A stretch of DNA of 64,000 nucleotides from Eledone cirrhosa. Its lineage: Eukaryota. Of this stretch, positions 1 to 13,407 are shown piece by piece. Under the pieces are notes generated by a model that was not told the DNA's origin, ran no database searches, and saw nothing but the letters and a program-made list of their open reading frames with translations. The DNA is taken from positions 260,958,001 through 261,022,000 of the forward strand of contig OZ024740.1 of the NCBI GenBank assembly GCA_964016885.1. Reading direction: 5' to 3'. How positions within the stretch are numbered: the first letter of the stretch is position 1; every line of letters starts with the position of its first letter. The translations under genes were made by a program, and so were the position numbers.

Positions 1-889
1 CACCAACACAAGAGAGGTTTCCTTGTCCTCCACAAGTTAAAATGCTTCTTCAGCAAGTTGTTAAACAATGGTAGTTAAAATAATGTTTGAGCAAGTAGCT
101 AGACAATAGCAGTTAAAATAAAAGTGAGATTTACTAACTCTTCTTCTCTTTCTGGTAAACACAGTTATATATAAAATCAAAATTTATTGTGAAAGAGAAC
201 TGAATGAATATCTGGCACAATACACAAACAAGGAGCTTAAACTGCAGACATTTGGCTATATTAAAAAGAAAATGGCATTGTTGTTATAGATTATTCAGAT
301 AAAACTGAGTTTATCTTTTGTTTTATATGATTGAAATACAGAAAGTAAAACAACATTGAATGACTAGAGAGAGTTGTGTAACACTAAGACTTCAGTTGAT
401 TCACTAACGTACCCTGTTACTTCTTCAGGTAAACTTTTATATTGTCAGGAACAGCTGTTAAGAATGTTGTAGTCTACTTATTGATTCTGCCAGTCAAATA
501 TCCATGCTTTGACAAGTATTTAGATCTTTCACTTACAATAAAACTTCTATTTCTAGAGTCTTTTGTTTAAAAACTCAACATTTTATTTGGATTTTTTTTT
601 TCCCTTGTGTAATTTGATTTATAAGAGGCCCAGATTTGATATAAATTTTTACCATTATTTATTATTGCTTGCTGTTCCTATGGTTACACAGAACCTGATT
701 AAATAACAAATGTTATTTAGAATTTTGAACATAAGTTTGCTTAATGTAAGCTGCTACAATTACAAACAGCTTAATTATAAGATAGTCAAACAAGTTGGAT
801 ATATAAGCACCTGGAGATGGGAAAAAGTAGATAGAGTCACCTGTGGGAAAGGAACATGTGTGTGTTGTATGTTGGATTGTTGCATCATC

Positions 890-1390
890 ATCACCATTTA
901 ACATTCATTTTTCCATGCTAGCAAGGGTTAGACAGGTTGTCACATTATTGGACAAGTCAGATCAGGTAATCATGTCCTACTCATACAGAACTTTCTATGG
1001 CTCAGTTTCTATGGCTGGATGCCCTTCCTAACACCAATCATATTTACAGTATGGGCTGGGTGCTTTTTATCGTGTTACCAGCATGACCACATTACAGGTG
1101 GACTGGGGACTTTTTTATCGTGGCACCAAAACGACCAACTGACATGTTGGATTGGGTGCGTTTTGTCACCAACACAACAACTTTACAGTGTGGACTGGGT
1201 GCTTTTTCCTCATGACACCAGCACGACCACCTTACAGAATGGATTGGGTGTTTTTTTTTTTTACCTGTCAACAGCATAATCACTTTACATGGTGAACTGG
1301 GTGTCTTTTGTTGTGTTACCTGCACAACCGCTATTGCAGGGTGAAATGGGTGTTTTTTGTTGTGTTACCAGCATGACTGTATTACCATTT
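890..1390 (-). mobile_element. Degenerate RTE-type 3' UTR/SINE tail with tandem 'cacactgtaaagtggtcgtg' subrepeats
   Basis: Reverse complement resembles the 3' UTR at 24557-24853 (cccatgctagcatggaa...gatgat tail; ggtgttaggaagggcatccagc). Confidence 0.7.
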
Positions 1391-2185
1391 AATTTATCTG
1401 CTACATTTCCCTTCTCATTTCCCTTGCATTTTAGTGGCTTTATTACCTTGCTTGGGGTGAGTAAATTAAAAAGAAAAAATACAAAAAAAATTCCTATCCA
1501 TTCCATGAATGTCACTTTAGAGAGAAGCTATGTTGTTCCCATCCATTAATCTGTCATCATTACACCTTATCATTTCCTGGGCATAACCCACAGTCCAACA
1601 GAGAAACTTAACAAACATACAACCAGGATGTACTTTGCCTCAATTATATAGCTGAAAATGAAGTATTTCTAGGAAACATTGATATCTCTAACAATAATAT
1701 AATGACGTGTTCATTATATTAATAGAAATAATATCAACTTCACTCTTCAGTCTGTTCCAAGATAGTCTTAAGTACCTTTAAACAAGAATCTACTAAATGT
1801 CCTCTTGCCATCCATCTTCTATTATAATTCCATTCACATCCATTATGCATAATGTATTATAAGAAAATAAATCAACCCAAACACAAGGGTTGGCATGAAT
1901 ACCAAATTCAAGATAGTAAGCTCGGCTTTTAATCCTTATATTAGGCTAGCACTCCTTTGATGATAAGTCTGCTGGATCTTAGTTACCCAGGAATTAACAT
2001 TTTCATTAGCATGTTTTTTTAATGAATAACATTACCTCTGATTGTGAAATAATCAACAGTTTTGAAGGATTGAATAATATTACTAAATTTCTCATTATTC
2101 AGTTGGTATTGATGATGATGAATATTTATTTATTATAAATCGTACCATTTTTTCATGAGTGCTATGCTAGTATATATATATATAT

Positions 2186-2606
2186 GCTCTAACCACTAAG
2201 CCATGTGCCTTCACATATGCTAGTATATATATATATATATATACTAGCAGTCGAAAGGTTGTAAATTCAATTCTCGGACCGGGTGATGTGTTGTTTCCTT
2301 GAGCAAGACACTTTATTTCACATTGCTTCAGTTTACTCAGCTGTAGAAATGAGATGATTGGACTGGGGTGCCTATAATTCCACTGCAAAGTGGTCATGGA
2401 GGTGCCACAGCAAAAAAGCACCCAGCCCACACTGTAAAGGAGGTTGGCGTTAAGAAGGGCATCCAGCTGTAGCAATGAAGCCAGAATCAGTTCCCATATG
2501 AGCAAGCCAAGGTCAGCCAACCGGACACTGCCCACAACAGGACAACCCATCTAACCCATGCTAGCGTGGAAGAACAGACGTAAAATGGTGATGATGATGA
2601 TGATGA
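2186..2606 (+). mobile_element. tRNA-headed SINE (CORE-like ccttgagcaagacacttt body, RTE 3' tail); first ~28 bp inverted
   Basis: Matches copies at 58668 and 59870; tail is nearly identical to the RTE 3' end at 24700-24853; ends in (GAT)n. Confidence 0.85.
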
Positions 2607-3039
2607 TATATATGAAAAATTTGGGACACCGACGGCTGAGCTCCAGCTGTTTCAACAGCTAGATTGTTATATATATATACACATAAATAAAATTATAATT
2701 ATATTTCTCGACCTAGTACAGCTGATACATAAATGTAAGTATGCACATGTACACACATATATATATATATATTTATATATATACACATATATATATACAC
2801 ACATATATATATATTCATATACATATGTACGTATGGGTTATATCGAACATGAATAATAATGTTTGATTCGTTTGTAAACAAACGGTCCAATTTGAAGCTG
2901 TGCCATGCCGGTGACCAATTGTCACCTGTTTGTTCAACACTGGCTTTGAGGAACAATCAACATGTTTCTGGATCATTACCTCTCATCAGGACTGTATACC
3001 TCTGCCAGTCTGTTGAATGGTTGAAAATATATAGTATTT

Positions 3040-3178
3040 TCTTAAGTAGACATTGGCTGAGTAGCCTCATTTGCATACCAAGCGAGTTACGGCTGGCCTT
3101 GCCGAATATTAAAAATAAAATTAGTATTTTATTTCTCACCCTAGCAAGTCTAATACATAAATGTAAGTATGCACACAT

Positions 3179-3209
<31 letters not shown>

Positions 3210-3290
3210 CACACACACATATATACATATACATATGCACGTATGGGTTATATCGAACATTAAGAATAAAGTTTGATTTGTTTGTAAACA
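3040..3290 (+). repeat. Dispersed repeat (acattggctga..atttgcata..ggctggccttgccgaa), also near 2690-2890, 6540-6700 and 17895-18110
   Basis: Four recognisably similar copies within the window; family not identified. Confidence 0.6.
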
Positions 3291-5089
3291 ATATAACCCA
3301 CGAAAAATATGGGCGTTTGTAAACAATATGGTGGAGGTGGTGAGAGCTTGTAAACGAATACGGTGGAGGTGGTGAGAGCTGACCTCAGATCACTGAAGCT
3401 CACAGAGGAGATGACGAGGGACCGTGACGAATGGAGAGATGTTGTGCTGAAGAGGACCTGTCCCCCCATTGTACGCAAAGAAAAGTGGACGTAAAATGAT
3501 GATGATGATGATATATATATGAACTTCAGAAAGGTTCTTACATGAAATTACGATGGAAGATATTTAGATAAATATCAACACTATAAAATAAACTGGGTTA
3601 TTGGAGAATCAGCAGGGGTGGGAGGTTGGTATCAGAAGAATTAAACAATAACTCCCCATCATTTGATTGAATTGATCGACAAGATCCCAAACCTAATTTG
3701 CTTATCAAGTAGGGAAGAACTCATTAAATTGAAGTTTAAATATGTTATTACTACAAATTAGTTAAATATACTGAAAAAGAAAACAGTATTGGAAAGGACT
3801 ATAAATGCCATTAAAGGGAGGAAAAGTAGAAGAGGAAGGACTATTAAACAAGGAAGAAAGAACAGGGGGAAGGGGAGAGGGTGACAGGCTCTACACGTAG
3901 GTCAGAGCAGTGTTTCGGCTGTGCCTCACAGACAAAATGGCAATGGCATTTCTGGGAAAAATGGCTAGTGACACCCGCTGCAACAGCCACCCCACTCCAG
4001 ATGGCTGCTGTCAATCCAATTTTACGGAGTAGGTCATTAAATTAGACCAAGGAAACAATATTTCCATTGGGCTTTCCATTACTGATACTATCTATCAGTC
4101 ACAACTCTTTTATTTAGACATAGTATATCTTGGACTACTTTATTCAATGTGTCTTCCTTTGTTGTTGTTTAGCCGTAGATCAGCCTTGATTCAGCAGAGC
4201 TAGGATCAACGAAGTTCTAAATATGATCATTCAGTCATTTTATTCAAATATAGTGTGGCTTAGTGGTTAGAAAGTTGAATTTACAATAATGAGGTTGAGA
4301 GTTCGATTCCTGGATCAAGCAATGCGTTTTATCCTTGAGCAAGGCACTTTATTTCACATTGCTCCTTCTGCCAGGAGTTGTGACTGATTGATAGTACCAG
4401 CAATTGGAAATACCAATGGTCCAATCTGATGAGTTCCACCCCACTTGGTAAATAAATGAGGTCTGGAATCTTGATGACGATCTTATAAAAAATATATATT
4501 TAGGACGAAATTATCTAATGTGTCTGTCTTTATAATGTTCCTTTGCTCAAAATCAACCTAGAACAGCAAAGTTATGATCAAAAATTTCTAAATATGAACA
4601 TTCAGTCATTTTATTCTGATATAGTATATCTAGGACTACATTAACAAATATGTCTTTTTTCCACAGCTGTCACCATCACCACTGCCACCACCATAGTCAT
4701 CCCAACTCAGTTCAATAGTAAATGTTTAATGCCACAAATTTGTAGAAGTCAGCCAAGGAAGTAGTTTGACAATAAAAGCAGTGGAATGTTTTGTAAATAT
4801 TCTAGATGGTTCTAGTTAATCCCATCATTTAGACAGACCAGATGTCAACCTACAGAACACTTTATAAGTGACTAGATGATGGCAGATGATGGTAGATAAT
4901 ACCTACAGTACTGTTACTACACACATACACACATGTACACACAAACACACACACACACACACACACATATTATATATATATATATATATACATACACACA
5001 CATACACATCCACAAATACACACTCTCACACACACACACACATATATATATTAATGATGATGATGATGACGATGATAATGACGATGATG

Positions 5090-5134
<45 letters not shown>

Positions 5135-5619
5135 ATAAAGATAGTTGAAGTGGTAACTGAAATTGTCTCTTCTACTTGATGATCATGTTAGCAAATTGAT
5201 TTGGCAATCATCCATGGTAATGTTTTGTGTGTCACGGTAGAGTTGCTCAATAGAGACATATAAAGATGAAGATTATTAAAGATCAGATTGAAACTTATTC
5301 TATATTGATCTAATATATCTTGGCAGTACCGTTAGGGTCACAGGTCAAGGTAAAAGATTGAAACTTATTCTATATTGATCTAATATATCTTGACAGTACC
5401 TTTAGGGCCACAGGTCCAGGTAAAAAGGAAATAGATGTGTATATCAATTGTGTACTCTTGGGTTCTTAATAATCGTCACTGTACACCCCCTCCGGTTATT
5501 AATTTTTCAGATTTGTTCCAACCACCCCCCGCTTTTATCCCCCCCCCCTCGCTTATTAAATTTTGCTAATCTATCTCTAGCAAAATTGCCTACATTCACA
5601 CATTCGATGTTATGCCTTC

Positions 5620-6135
5620 TTCGTTTTTACCCACTTATTCCTCAGAGCGTTGTGGTCGAGAGCCTTCACAGTCCTTCCAGCAAGTCCTATCAGAAGCAAC
5701 CCTCTCTAATTGATCCAGCTGGATCCCCAAGTAAGACCAGCTGAGCTTGAGGTCTACCTCTTGATCTTCTGCCAGCAATTCTTTCCTGAGACATTCTAAC
5801 TACATGTCCATTGTATTGGAGCTGTGATATCTCAATTAGCAGCTCTCTCTGATCTCCAAGCTACATACATTGAGTAATGTTATTCCAAAGACACTTCAAA
5901 GGAACCCCATTTTGACTGCTTGTATTCATTCAGTCATTACCATAGGTAAGGGTTGGCATGAATACTGAATTGAAGATAGCAAGTTTGGCTTTTACAACGA
6001 CCTCCCTTCTTCTGATGACTGAATGCTAAAGCTGGTGCATTACAGCACCAGTATCTGCAATTCTTGCACTTAACCCAGCTTCCTGCCTTCCTTCACTCAT
6101 GAAAACAACCCAAGATACTTGAGATTCTCCACCTA
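5620..6135 (-). mobile_element. RTE-like LINE 3' fragment, (GAA)n-tailed family
   Basis: 3' end ggaataagtggg+(GAA)n is shared with 7200-7380 (+) and 20236-20420 (-); degenerate RT-distal motifs. Confidence 0.6.
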
Positions 6136-6699
6136 CAAAACTCCCAAATTCCTCACCACTACCAGATCAATTTTCTTCAACAACTCTTACTTAATAGGTT
6201 CCACCATCTGGCTTGGTCACATACTATGCCATCCATCAGGTGAACTTATCAACTTACCTGGCTGACAATATCTGTGACATATGATTATGGTCACTATCCA
6301 TTACTAGTACATGTACAAATAAATATATTGATTGTAAATATATTTAACAAAGCCATGCCAAAAATGAAATTGGTTTCAACTCAATAAAGGAAAACAAAAT
6401 TGGAAGTAAAAGAATATTATTGATTATAGATAAATGTTGTTAACCTTAAATAATATAACAAATCAATATGAATATAATCAGCCTTCATTAGCATATTAAA
6501 TAGTTATTTATTGACCTGTTAAGCTTTCTATTTAACAGATCAGCTAGCCTAATTTGCATACTGAGCGATTTCATGGCTGGCTTTGCCGAAAATTAAAAAC
6601 AAAATTTGTTTTCACTCTAACATAAGAGATACGTAAATGTATTCATGAGTGAATAATAATATTATTAATATTTGATTCGATTGCAAGCAAACAGCCTCA

Positions 6700-7830
6700 T
6701 AATGCATGTGTTTTCTAGACGAATGACAGCATCCTTTTGTTCCAGCGGTAGCAGAGAGATTGTGTATTTCTCTCTGATCTGCTACCATAACTACAATATC
6801 CAAGAGTCTTGGTGGTCCTTTTTTCCATCCATACACATTAGCAATAGCTCCTAACAAATCATTTATCAAAAACTTCCAACTATTCTTAAGTTCATTCATG
6901 TCATCATCTAACATACTCAGTTTGTCTCTTAAAGCCTCTTCCATCACTATTGCTTCTTTTCACCTCACAAACAACTAGATGGTGTTGTGTAACAACCTCT
7001 TCACTTGGGATTACCTTTCTATCCTGAAGGTTCCTCCTATCTTGATCATTTACCATTGGGTAGTCAACACTTGATGACAAGCTTCCTGGTGTATATGTAA
7101 TGAGGGAATTGGGTATTACAGATTAACATCTCATTAACCAGCTTGAGACCCAGGGGTAGAGCCCAAGCAAGATGGTTGGATAACATCCATGAGTTCAGCT
7201 GGTCTCAGTTGGAAATGATTACTGGAAGGAGTATTTGAGAACTCTGTCCCCATGACCCTCGCAGGAATAAGTGGGCGAAGAAGGAAGAGGAGGAGGGGAA
7301 GAAGAAGAAGAAAAAGAAGAAGAAGAAGAAGAAGAAGAAGAAGAAGAAGAAGAAGAAGAAGAAGAAGAAGAAGAAGATGATGATGATGATGATCTCAGTT
7401 CCAGCAGCAAATGCCAAAATCATTTCACCCTCTTCATTTCTCACACCATACCTTTTGCCCCCATTGAATCCCTTTAAACCATCCACACCCCCTTACCACA
7501 TGTCCATGCAAACCTCTTTATCACAATAACTTCTTCATATTTCATGTTTTCAATCATCTTCTCTATTGCTCACCAAAACACATCTTTCTCCTCAACACTG
7601 ATATGGCTGTGTGGCTTATCCTGAGATGATGTTCACCAAGAACTTTCCAATCACCAGTTTTACCACCATTGATCATTCACTCACCACACTCAAGTTGAGT
7701 CCCACTCACCACACTCAAGACACCAACACTATATTCTCTCCTTATTTTCCTCTCACCATTCCTATGCCACGTCCCTTCCATCTTGACTCCCGCACACAAT
7801 TTATGTCCATTTTTCTTCTATTTGCTGCCT
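6700..7830 (-). mobile_element. Degenerate RTE endonuclease/linker fragment, interrupted by a (GAA)n-tailed insertion
   Basis: ORF piece GFNGGKRYGVRNEEGEMILAFA is typical of the RTE AP endonuclease. Confidence 0.6.
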
Positions 7831-7899
7831 CCACCCCTTCTGATATTCTGATATATAGAGATATATATATAGATAAATAGAGATATATAGATATATTTC

Positions 7900-10130
7900 T
7901 TTATTTGCCACAAGGGCGCAGTCGGGAAATCTAGTTGATATCTATCAGACAGTTGGAATTGGCCAATTAGATTTTTGAGGCTGTTGCACCCTGCTCTACT
8001 GGGACATGCTCCCACATAGTCCCATCGTGCATCTAGGATACCATTCCAGTCCCCCACTAAAAGAAAGGAGCGAGACTTCCCAGAAAAGACTCTAGACGCT
8101 TAAAGAAGTTTGGCCGCGATTGTGATTGCCCAGTCGGGGCATAAACAGCCACCAGTCTGAAGGCTCCACCTCCAATACTGTTCACATCTAGGACTACCAG
8201 TCTATCCTCTGGGTCCAAATGTACTTGCTGTACTTCGAGATCCAGGTTTTTCCAAAATATGACAGTCACTCCCCCTCCACCTCCCGGCTGACAGAGAGAT
8301 GCGTAGATCTCAAAGTCATTGAAGATGGGGGATAGTTGCTGCCTGTTGTGGATCCTGGACTCGGTGATGGATATTACATCTATACCATGTGACCTAAGTC
8401 GTTTAAAAGTTGGCCCTGTTTCCAGGGCACCCCTAAGCCACACACATTCACGCTTCCAACTCGTAAGTCAGCCATCTTGGTGGAGAAGAGTTGGCGAAAA
8501 TGATGAAAAGGTGCACTTGCCTTTTCGTTTCCTGGAGATCGGGTTGTTCAATCTCGATTTCAGTTCTGGTGAGGGTGTTGAGTGGGGTGGGGAAACATTT
8601 CAACAGGACACGGTTTATTGGTTTTTGGTAGGGGTTGCCAACATCCTGTGAAAACTGTTCTTTTAATTTCTGATAGGTTTCTATCGAAACCCTTATTAGT
8701 TTTAGGTGTGGTTGAGAGTCTGCTTTTACAAAAGTTTTCCCCTCAGATTCCACTTTGAGGTCCTGTGAGATGACCTCCATAAAATTTTTGTTGTTTGTGT
8801 TAATGTATGTGTTTTGTTGTTTGTTTTTTTGTTGTGTTGTTTTAGTTTGTTGTTCATTTTGTAGTTTTCTTTTTATGGTAGGCATTTGTGTTTGGAGTGG
8901 TGTTGGTGTTTGTTTTGCTGGTGGGGGGGGGGGGGTTGATTGTGGTGGTGTTTGTGTTGTTGTTTGTGTTGGTGGTTGTGTGTTCGTGTTGGTGATTGTT
9001 GTTTTTGTGGCTTTGCGGTGTCTCTTTTTTTGTTTTTTTTTGATTTCCGAGGCTCTCCTTCATCTTCACTTGGGGATGGAGAAGTAGCCTCGTCTGGTGA
9101 TGAATCGTCATCAGGAGCGTGTGGGAGGGGTATGTTGTGTGGTGATGGTGGGTTTGTGTGTGTGATTGTGGTAGTGCTGGATGGAGTGGGATGGAGTGGG
9201 ACTGTGTTTTTCAGGGGAATTGTTTGTGTTTTTTCTGTTGTTTGAGGTTGAACAGTTGTTTGTTTTTGTGTTGTTGTTGTGGTTTTGGAGTTGGTGTTGG
9301 CAAAAGTACTTTTTGGGGGGTGGTGGTGTTTGTTAGTAAGAGGCGACAGGAGGCCTTTAAATGCGATGTGCTTGCACATTTAAAACAATGTGGCCTCCCT
9401 CCATCTGCCGAAATGTGTATATAGTTTGTATTGTCTACTGGCACCCTTTCTGGTATCTTGGAAATTCTGTCCGGTTTCATTTGGACCATAATTTCCAAGC
9501 TTGTGCCGTTCCAGGTGTTTCTTGTGGATTTTTGAATCGACAGTATTGTGTCTTCATCTTCCTCCAAGAACCCTGCCAGAATCCACCAGATGTTAATGTT
9601 GAGTGGTATATTGGTAATGTTTATTCTTTGTGTTCTTTTTCCTATGTATGTAAGGAAAAAGGTGTGTGTGGCAGAGGTGACCGGGGTCACTGAGTATTTT
9701 TTCACAAGGGCCTCACTTTTGAAGAGCACTGAAATGCTTCCATACAGTTTAGCCCTTTGTATATATTGTATTTCCGGCATTGCCTCTTTCAAGACGATTT
9801 CAATTTCGCCTTGAGTTAGGAAAGCCGGTTTTCTTTGTTTGTTCAAAATCGTGTGAAAAATCACAGTCCTTCGCATAGTGTCGGCTTTGATTTGTGTGGC
9901 GGAGAGGTGATTTTAAAACCCCCTTTTTCCTCGAAGGTAATATATTTTTTTCCTTCATTGATCATTTCCTTTGCATTGGAAATATCAATATTTGTAAAAG
10001 TTCCTTTGCTTATTGTAGTAAAAAAATGTTTATGGTTGCTGTTGTTGTTGTTGTCATTGTTGTCGTTGTTGTTGTTGTTTTTGTTGTTCTCAATTGCTTG
10101 ATTTGTGGTTGATAGACCTATAGATATGTA
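7900..10130 (-). mobile_element. Tx1/L1-clade LINE, 5' part only (ORF1 with zinc knuckle plus AP endonuclease), frameshifted
   Basis: ORF1 has CCHC knuckle CFKCASTSHLKASC (9211-9876) and a low-complexity tail. ORF2 start has IDVISITES..LVVLDV..FRLVAVYAP..GDWNGILD (7900-8443). No RT follows. Confidence 0.85.
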
Positions 10131-12339
10131 GGCCGACATATAAATAGACATATAGATATGTTCTTTATTTAGATATATAGATGCCTGTATGTATGATAGT
10201 AGAGTAGAACTATATTAGAAGGAGTCAGGGGTCCAACAGCTGAGCTCTTGCAATTTCTACAGCTAATTCCTGACTGTTGATAAAACTAATTACAGTGGAT
10301 TTTCCAGCTTGTCAAGGACATGGCTTAGGTGGTTGACATGTTGGTAAATTGATAAGCTGTTCATATAAGGAAAATAGTTCTTCATAGTTTCTTAAAGACA
10401 AGTTTTAGAATAAATTGTTTATGTTTTATATATTTTTATATATATTTTCTAGGAGTGGTTGTGTGCGTGCATGTGTGGGGGTACCTGTATATTTCATTAC
10501 TTGGGTGGGGGTGAAAAACTGAGGGCAGAATTTGGGTGTGAAGAAGAATTGTCTCAGGAAAATGGAGTGTAGTTTTGCTATCATCTTGATTTATTGGTGT
10601 GTGTGTGTGTGTGTGCATATGCGTGGTGTTCGCCAAGTCTGTTGTGGGAAGGGTCAGAGAATTTAGCCAGTTGATTCACAGATGCAAAACCAGCACTGAT
10701 GCAATAAAAAAAAATTCCTAACACTCCCAGATCCAAACCCACACAGTCATGCACGTAAATATTTTATATGTCTGGAAACTTCTGGTGTCCTTGACCCTAG
10801 GACCACCTCCCTACTCACCACCACCAGCATAGAGTTGGCTACCTGCGGGTGTGAGCTTTGCGAGCTGGAATGGCTCTTCCAATACTTCTCACTCAGCATC
10901 CTCTGGGGGAAATGCCTTCTTTATTCTGTCCACTGGGACCGCGGGGCGGCCACTGTGTGGACTCCTATTTGCAAATAATAGTGAGAGATGGGGAGAGCAA
11001 GAGAGATGGAGGCAGTGAGTGAAAGAGGGAGAACATCAATGCACACACGTACTTGATAAGACAATGATAGATGTTATTTTGAGGTGGGGATTCTGTATAC
11101 TTCAAAAGCTGCTTTATTATGGTCTTAGTTTAGATGAAATAATGAATGTATGTAAATGCATATTTGAGTAAATAGATCATCAGTATTTACTCCCTTGAAG
11201 CAATACAACTACATCACATTAAAACTTAAAGTTTAAAAAAAAGAAAAGAGCCTATTTTTTAGTTTTCTCAAAAGATCACTGACCGGTTTCTCAGTATAAT
11301 GATGGTTGTTGTTTTGAGTGTGTCTGTTTGTTACAATTATGGTTTATATTTGTAGCTGGTTGTGGATGGTGACTGGTGTTGTGCTGGAACTTATTTTTGC
11401 ATTATTTTACAGGCGTATGTGCATATCTTTATATTTTATTTTATTTTAGAAGAGTTCTAATGATAGGGAGTTGGCATGCATGTGTGTCAAAACGTTGTGG
11501 GTGTGTATGTGTGTATATGATGCTTAATATGCTTGTATTTATGTGGGTTTGTCCATGCCTGCAAAGGTGCATGTGTGGGCAGGTGTGTGTGAAAAAGAGA
11601 GGTGGTGTTGATATTTTGTATTTGTTTATTATGTAATTTAGTAGGCCTAATGTTACTGTGGGTGCCTGTATGTACACATTGGTGAGGGGGATACCCGTGT
11701 ACAATTTTTGTACAGGCTTCTAATTCAAAATAAATGTGTTTCTAGGTTAAATTTACCCTGAAATCTTTTAATAAACACTGTTCTAGCGTAAATATTGATT
11801 TCATACAATCATATATATATATCATCATCATCATCGTTTAATGTCCATTTTCCTTGCTAGCATGGGTAGGACAGGCTGCCTCTTTGTGAGAGATCACTTT
11901 AGAAGACCGTGTTTCAGTCATCTTTTGAGAAAACTAAAATATAGCTTCTTTTGTTGACAGATATATAAAATATGTACAACTTGGGGAATGCATGATGCAA
12001 AATACCAAGCAAAAAATCGATATTGAAATTTTTTCAAAAACCAATTATGAGACACAGGTTCATATGACAGGCAGCAGAAAGCATCTGGGTTAACCATCAT
12101 GCAAGTTGATTAAAGCAACAAAAAAGTCTAAGGTATAAAACATGTCCTCATGCTGTAATTAAGTTTATGTATACAAGCACAAGTATGTTTTTACTTACAA
12201 AACCGCAGCATTTATCTGTTAGACACGCAGTGACTAACAACAGAATGTTTTAAGTCTGCGTGTTCTGACATATATGCGTAGCTTGTGAATAAAAAAATTC
12301 AAGGGGTTTCGCTGGCCGTGGTGATCCCTCCCAAACATG

Positions 12340-12510
12340 TTTTGTCTTATTGGCTAATTTCATCGTCTTATTGGCTAATCAACCAATGAGAGTAAGTGTT
12401 GCTCAAAACCATCTGCTACTTTGTTTGCACGTTTATTTATCGTTTCGCTTTCGAATCTTCCTCCTGTATTTCGTCATTTATCATCAAAATATTTTTTCGT
12501 TTTGGTAACT
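12340..12510. promoter_or_regulatory. Candidate CCAAT-box promoter / first exon
   Basis: Tandem gtcttattggctaat x2 plus ccaat within ~45 bp, local CpG enrichment, and a donor-like ttg|gtaact at ~12504. Confidence 0.35.
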
Positions 12511-12960
12511 TATATTGTTAATTTATATATGATTTTTTAAATTTATATTAACTATTTTTTTTTTCAGTTCGTTATAACATGCTTATAATATTGGTTGTAT
12601 CATATTTACTTGTATATTTGTCCATATTATTGTTCGTTTTATGTTAGATTATTTTATTATTATTATGTTAGATTATTTTTTTTATTATTATGTTAGACTA
12701 TTTGTATGTAATATTTAATTTTTATTAATTCAACTATAACAATTATTATGTAAAATATATTTATTTAATATTGATTGTTTTTTTGTAGTTGTTTATATTA
12801 AAAGTCTGAAAATATTTGTATACATCTTACAATAATATTTATAAGATCATTTATAAAGTAACAATTATGTAATCTAATTACATTACAACGATAATTTATT
12901 ATTAATATATATCATGTTTAACTAGAGTTATTACAAGCGTTGCCTTAAAAAAAATATTAA

Positions 12961-13407
12961 ACTAGACCTGAAAAATGCGCAAGCTCAAAAAAGCCACAGA
13001 ATGTTATAATAAACCTTCAAAAGTGTGGGACTAGAATTGTTGCTAAAAAATATTGTAATCATTATCTATCGTACACTCTGTGACATCCTTTTATAAAAAA
13101 GAGATTCATAACGAACTCAAGTCGACACGATAATTATTTAAGTGAATTTATAATATAGAATTCGGTTTAAGTGCATTTCGTATTAATCATTACTAAACAT
13201 CTAATATGAGATATTGAACATTAGCTTTAATAATTATCGTGTCGTCTTGAGTTCGTTATGAGTCTCATTTTTATAAAAGGATGCCACAGATTGTACGATA
13301 GATAATGATTACAATATTTTTGAGCAACAACTCTTGTCCCACACTTTTTAAGGTTTATTATAACATTATGTGGCCCTTTTGAGCTTGCGCATTTTTCAGG
13401 TCTAGTA
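12961..13407. repeat. Fold-back inverted repeat, ~180-bp arms with ~90-bp spacer
   Basis: actagacctgaaaaatgcgcaagctcaaaa... mirrored by ...ttttgagcttgcgcatttttcaggtctagt with scattered mismatches. Confidence 0.9.

Noticed and set aside
342-429. Coding exon (tacag|...cag|gtaaac)
   Set aside because: All three frames contain stops; it could only be non-coding and has no other support.
10819-10960. GC-richer minus-strand exon candidate (atag|...gtg|gtgagt)
   Set aside because: Stops in all three frames and no partner exons identified.
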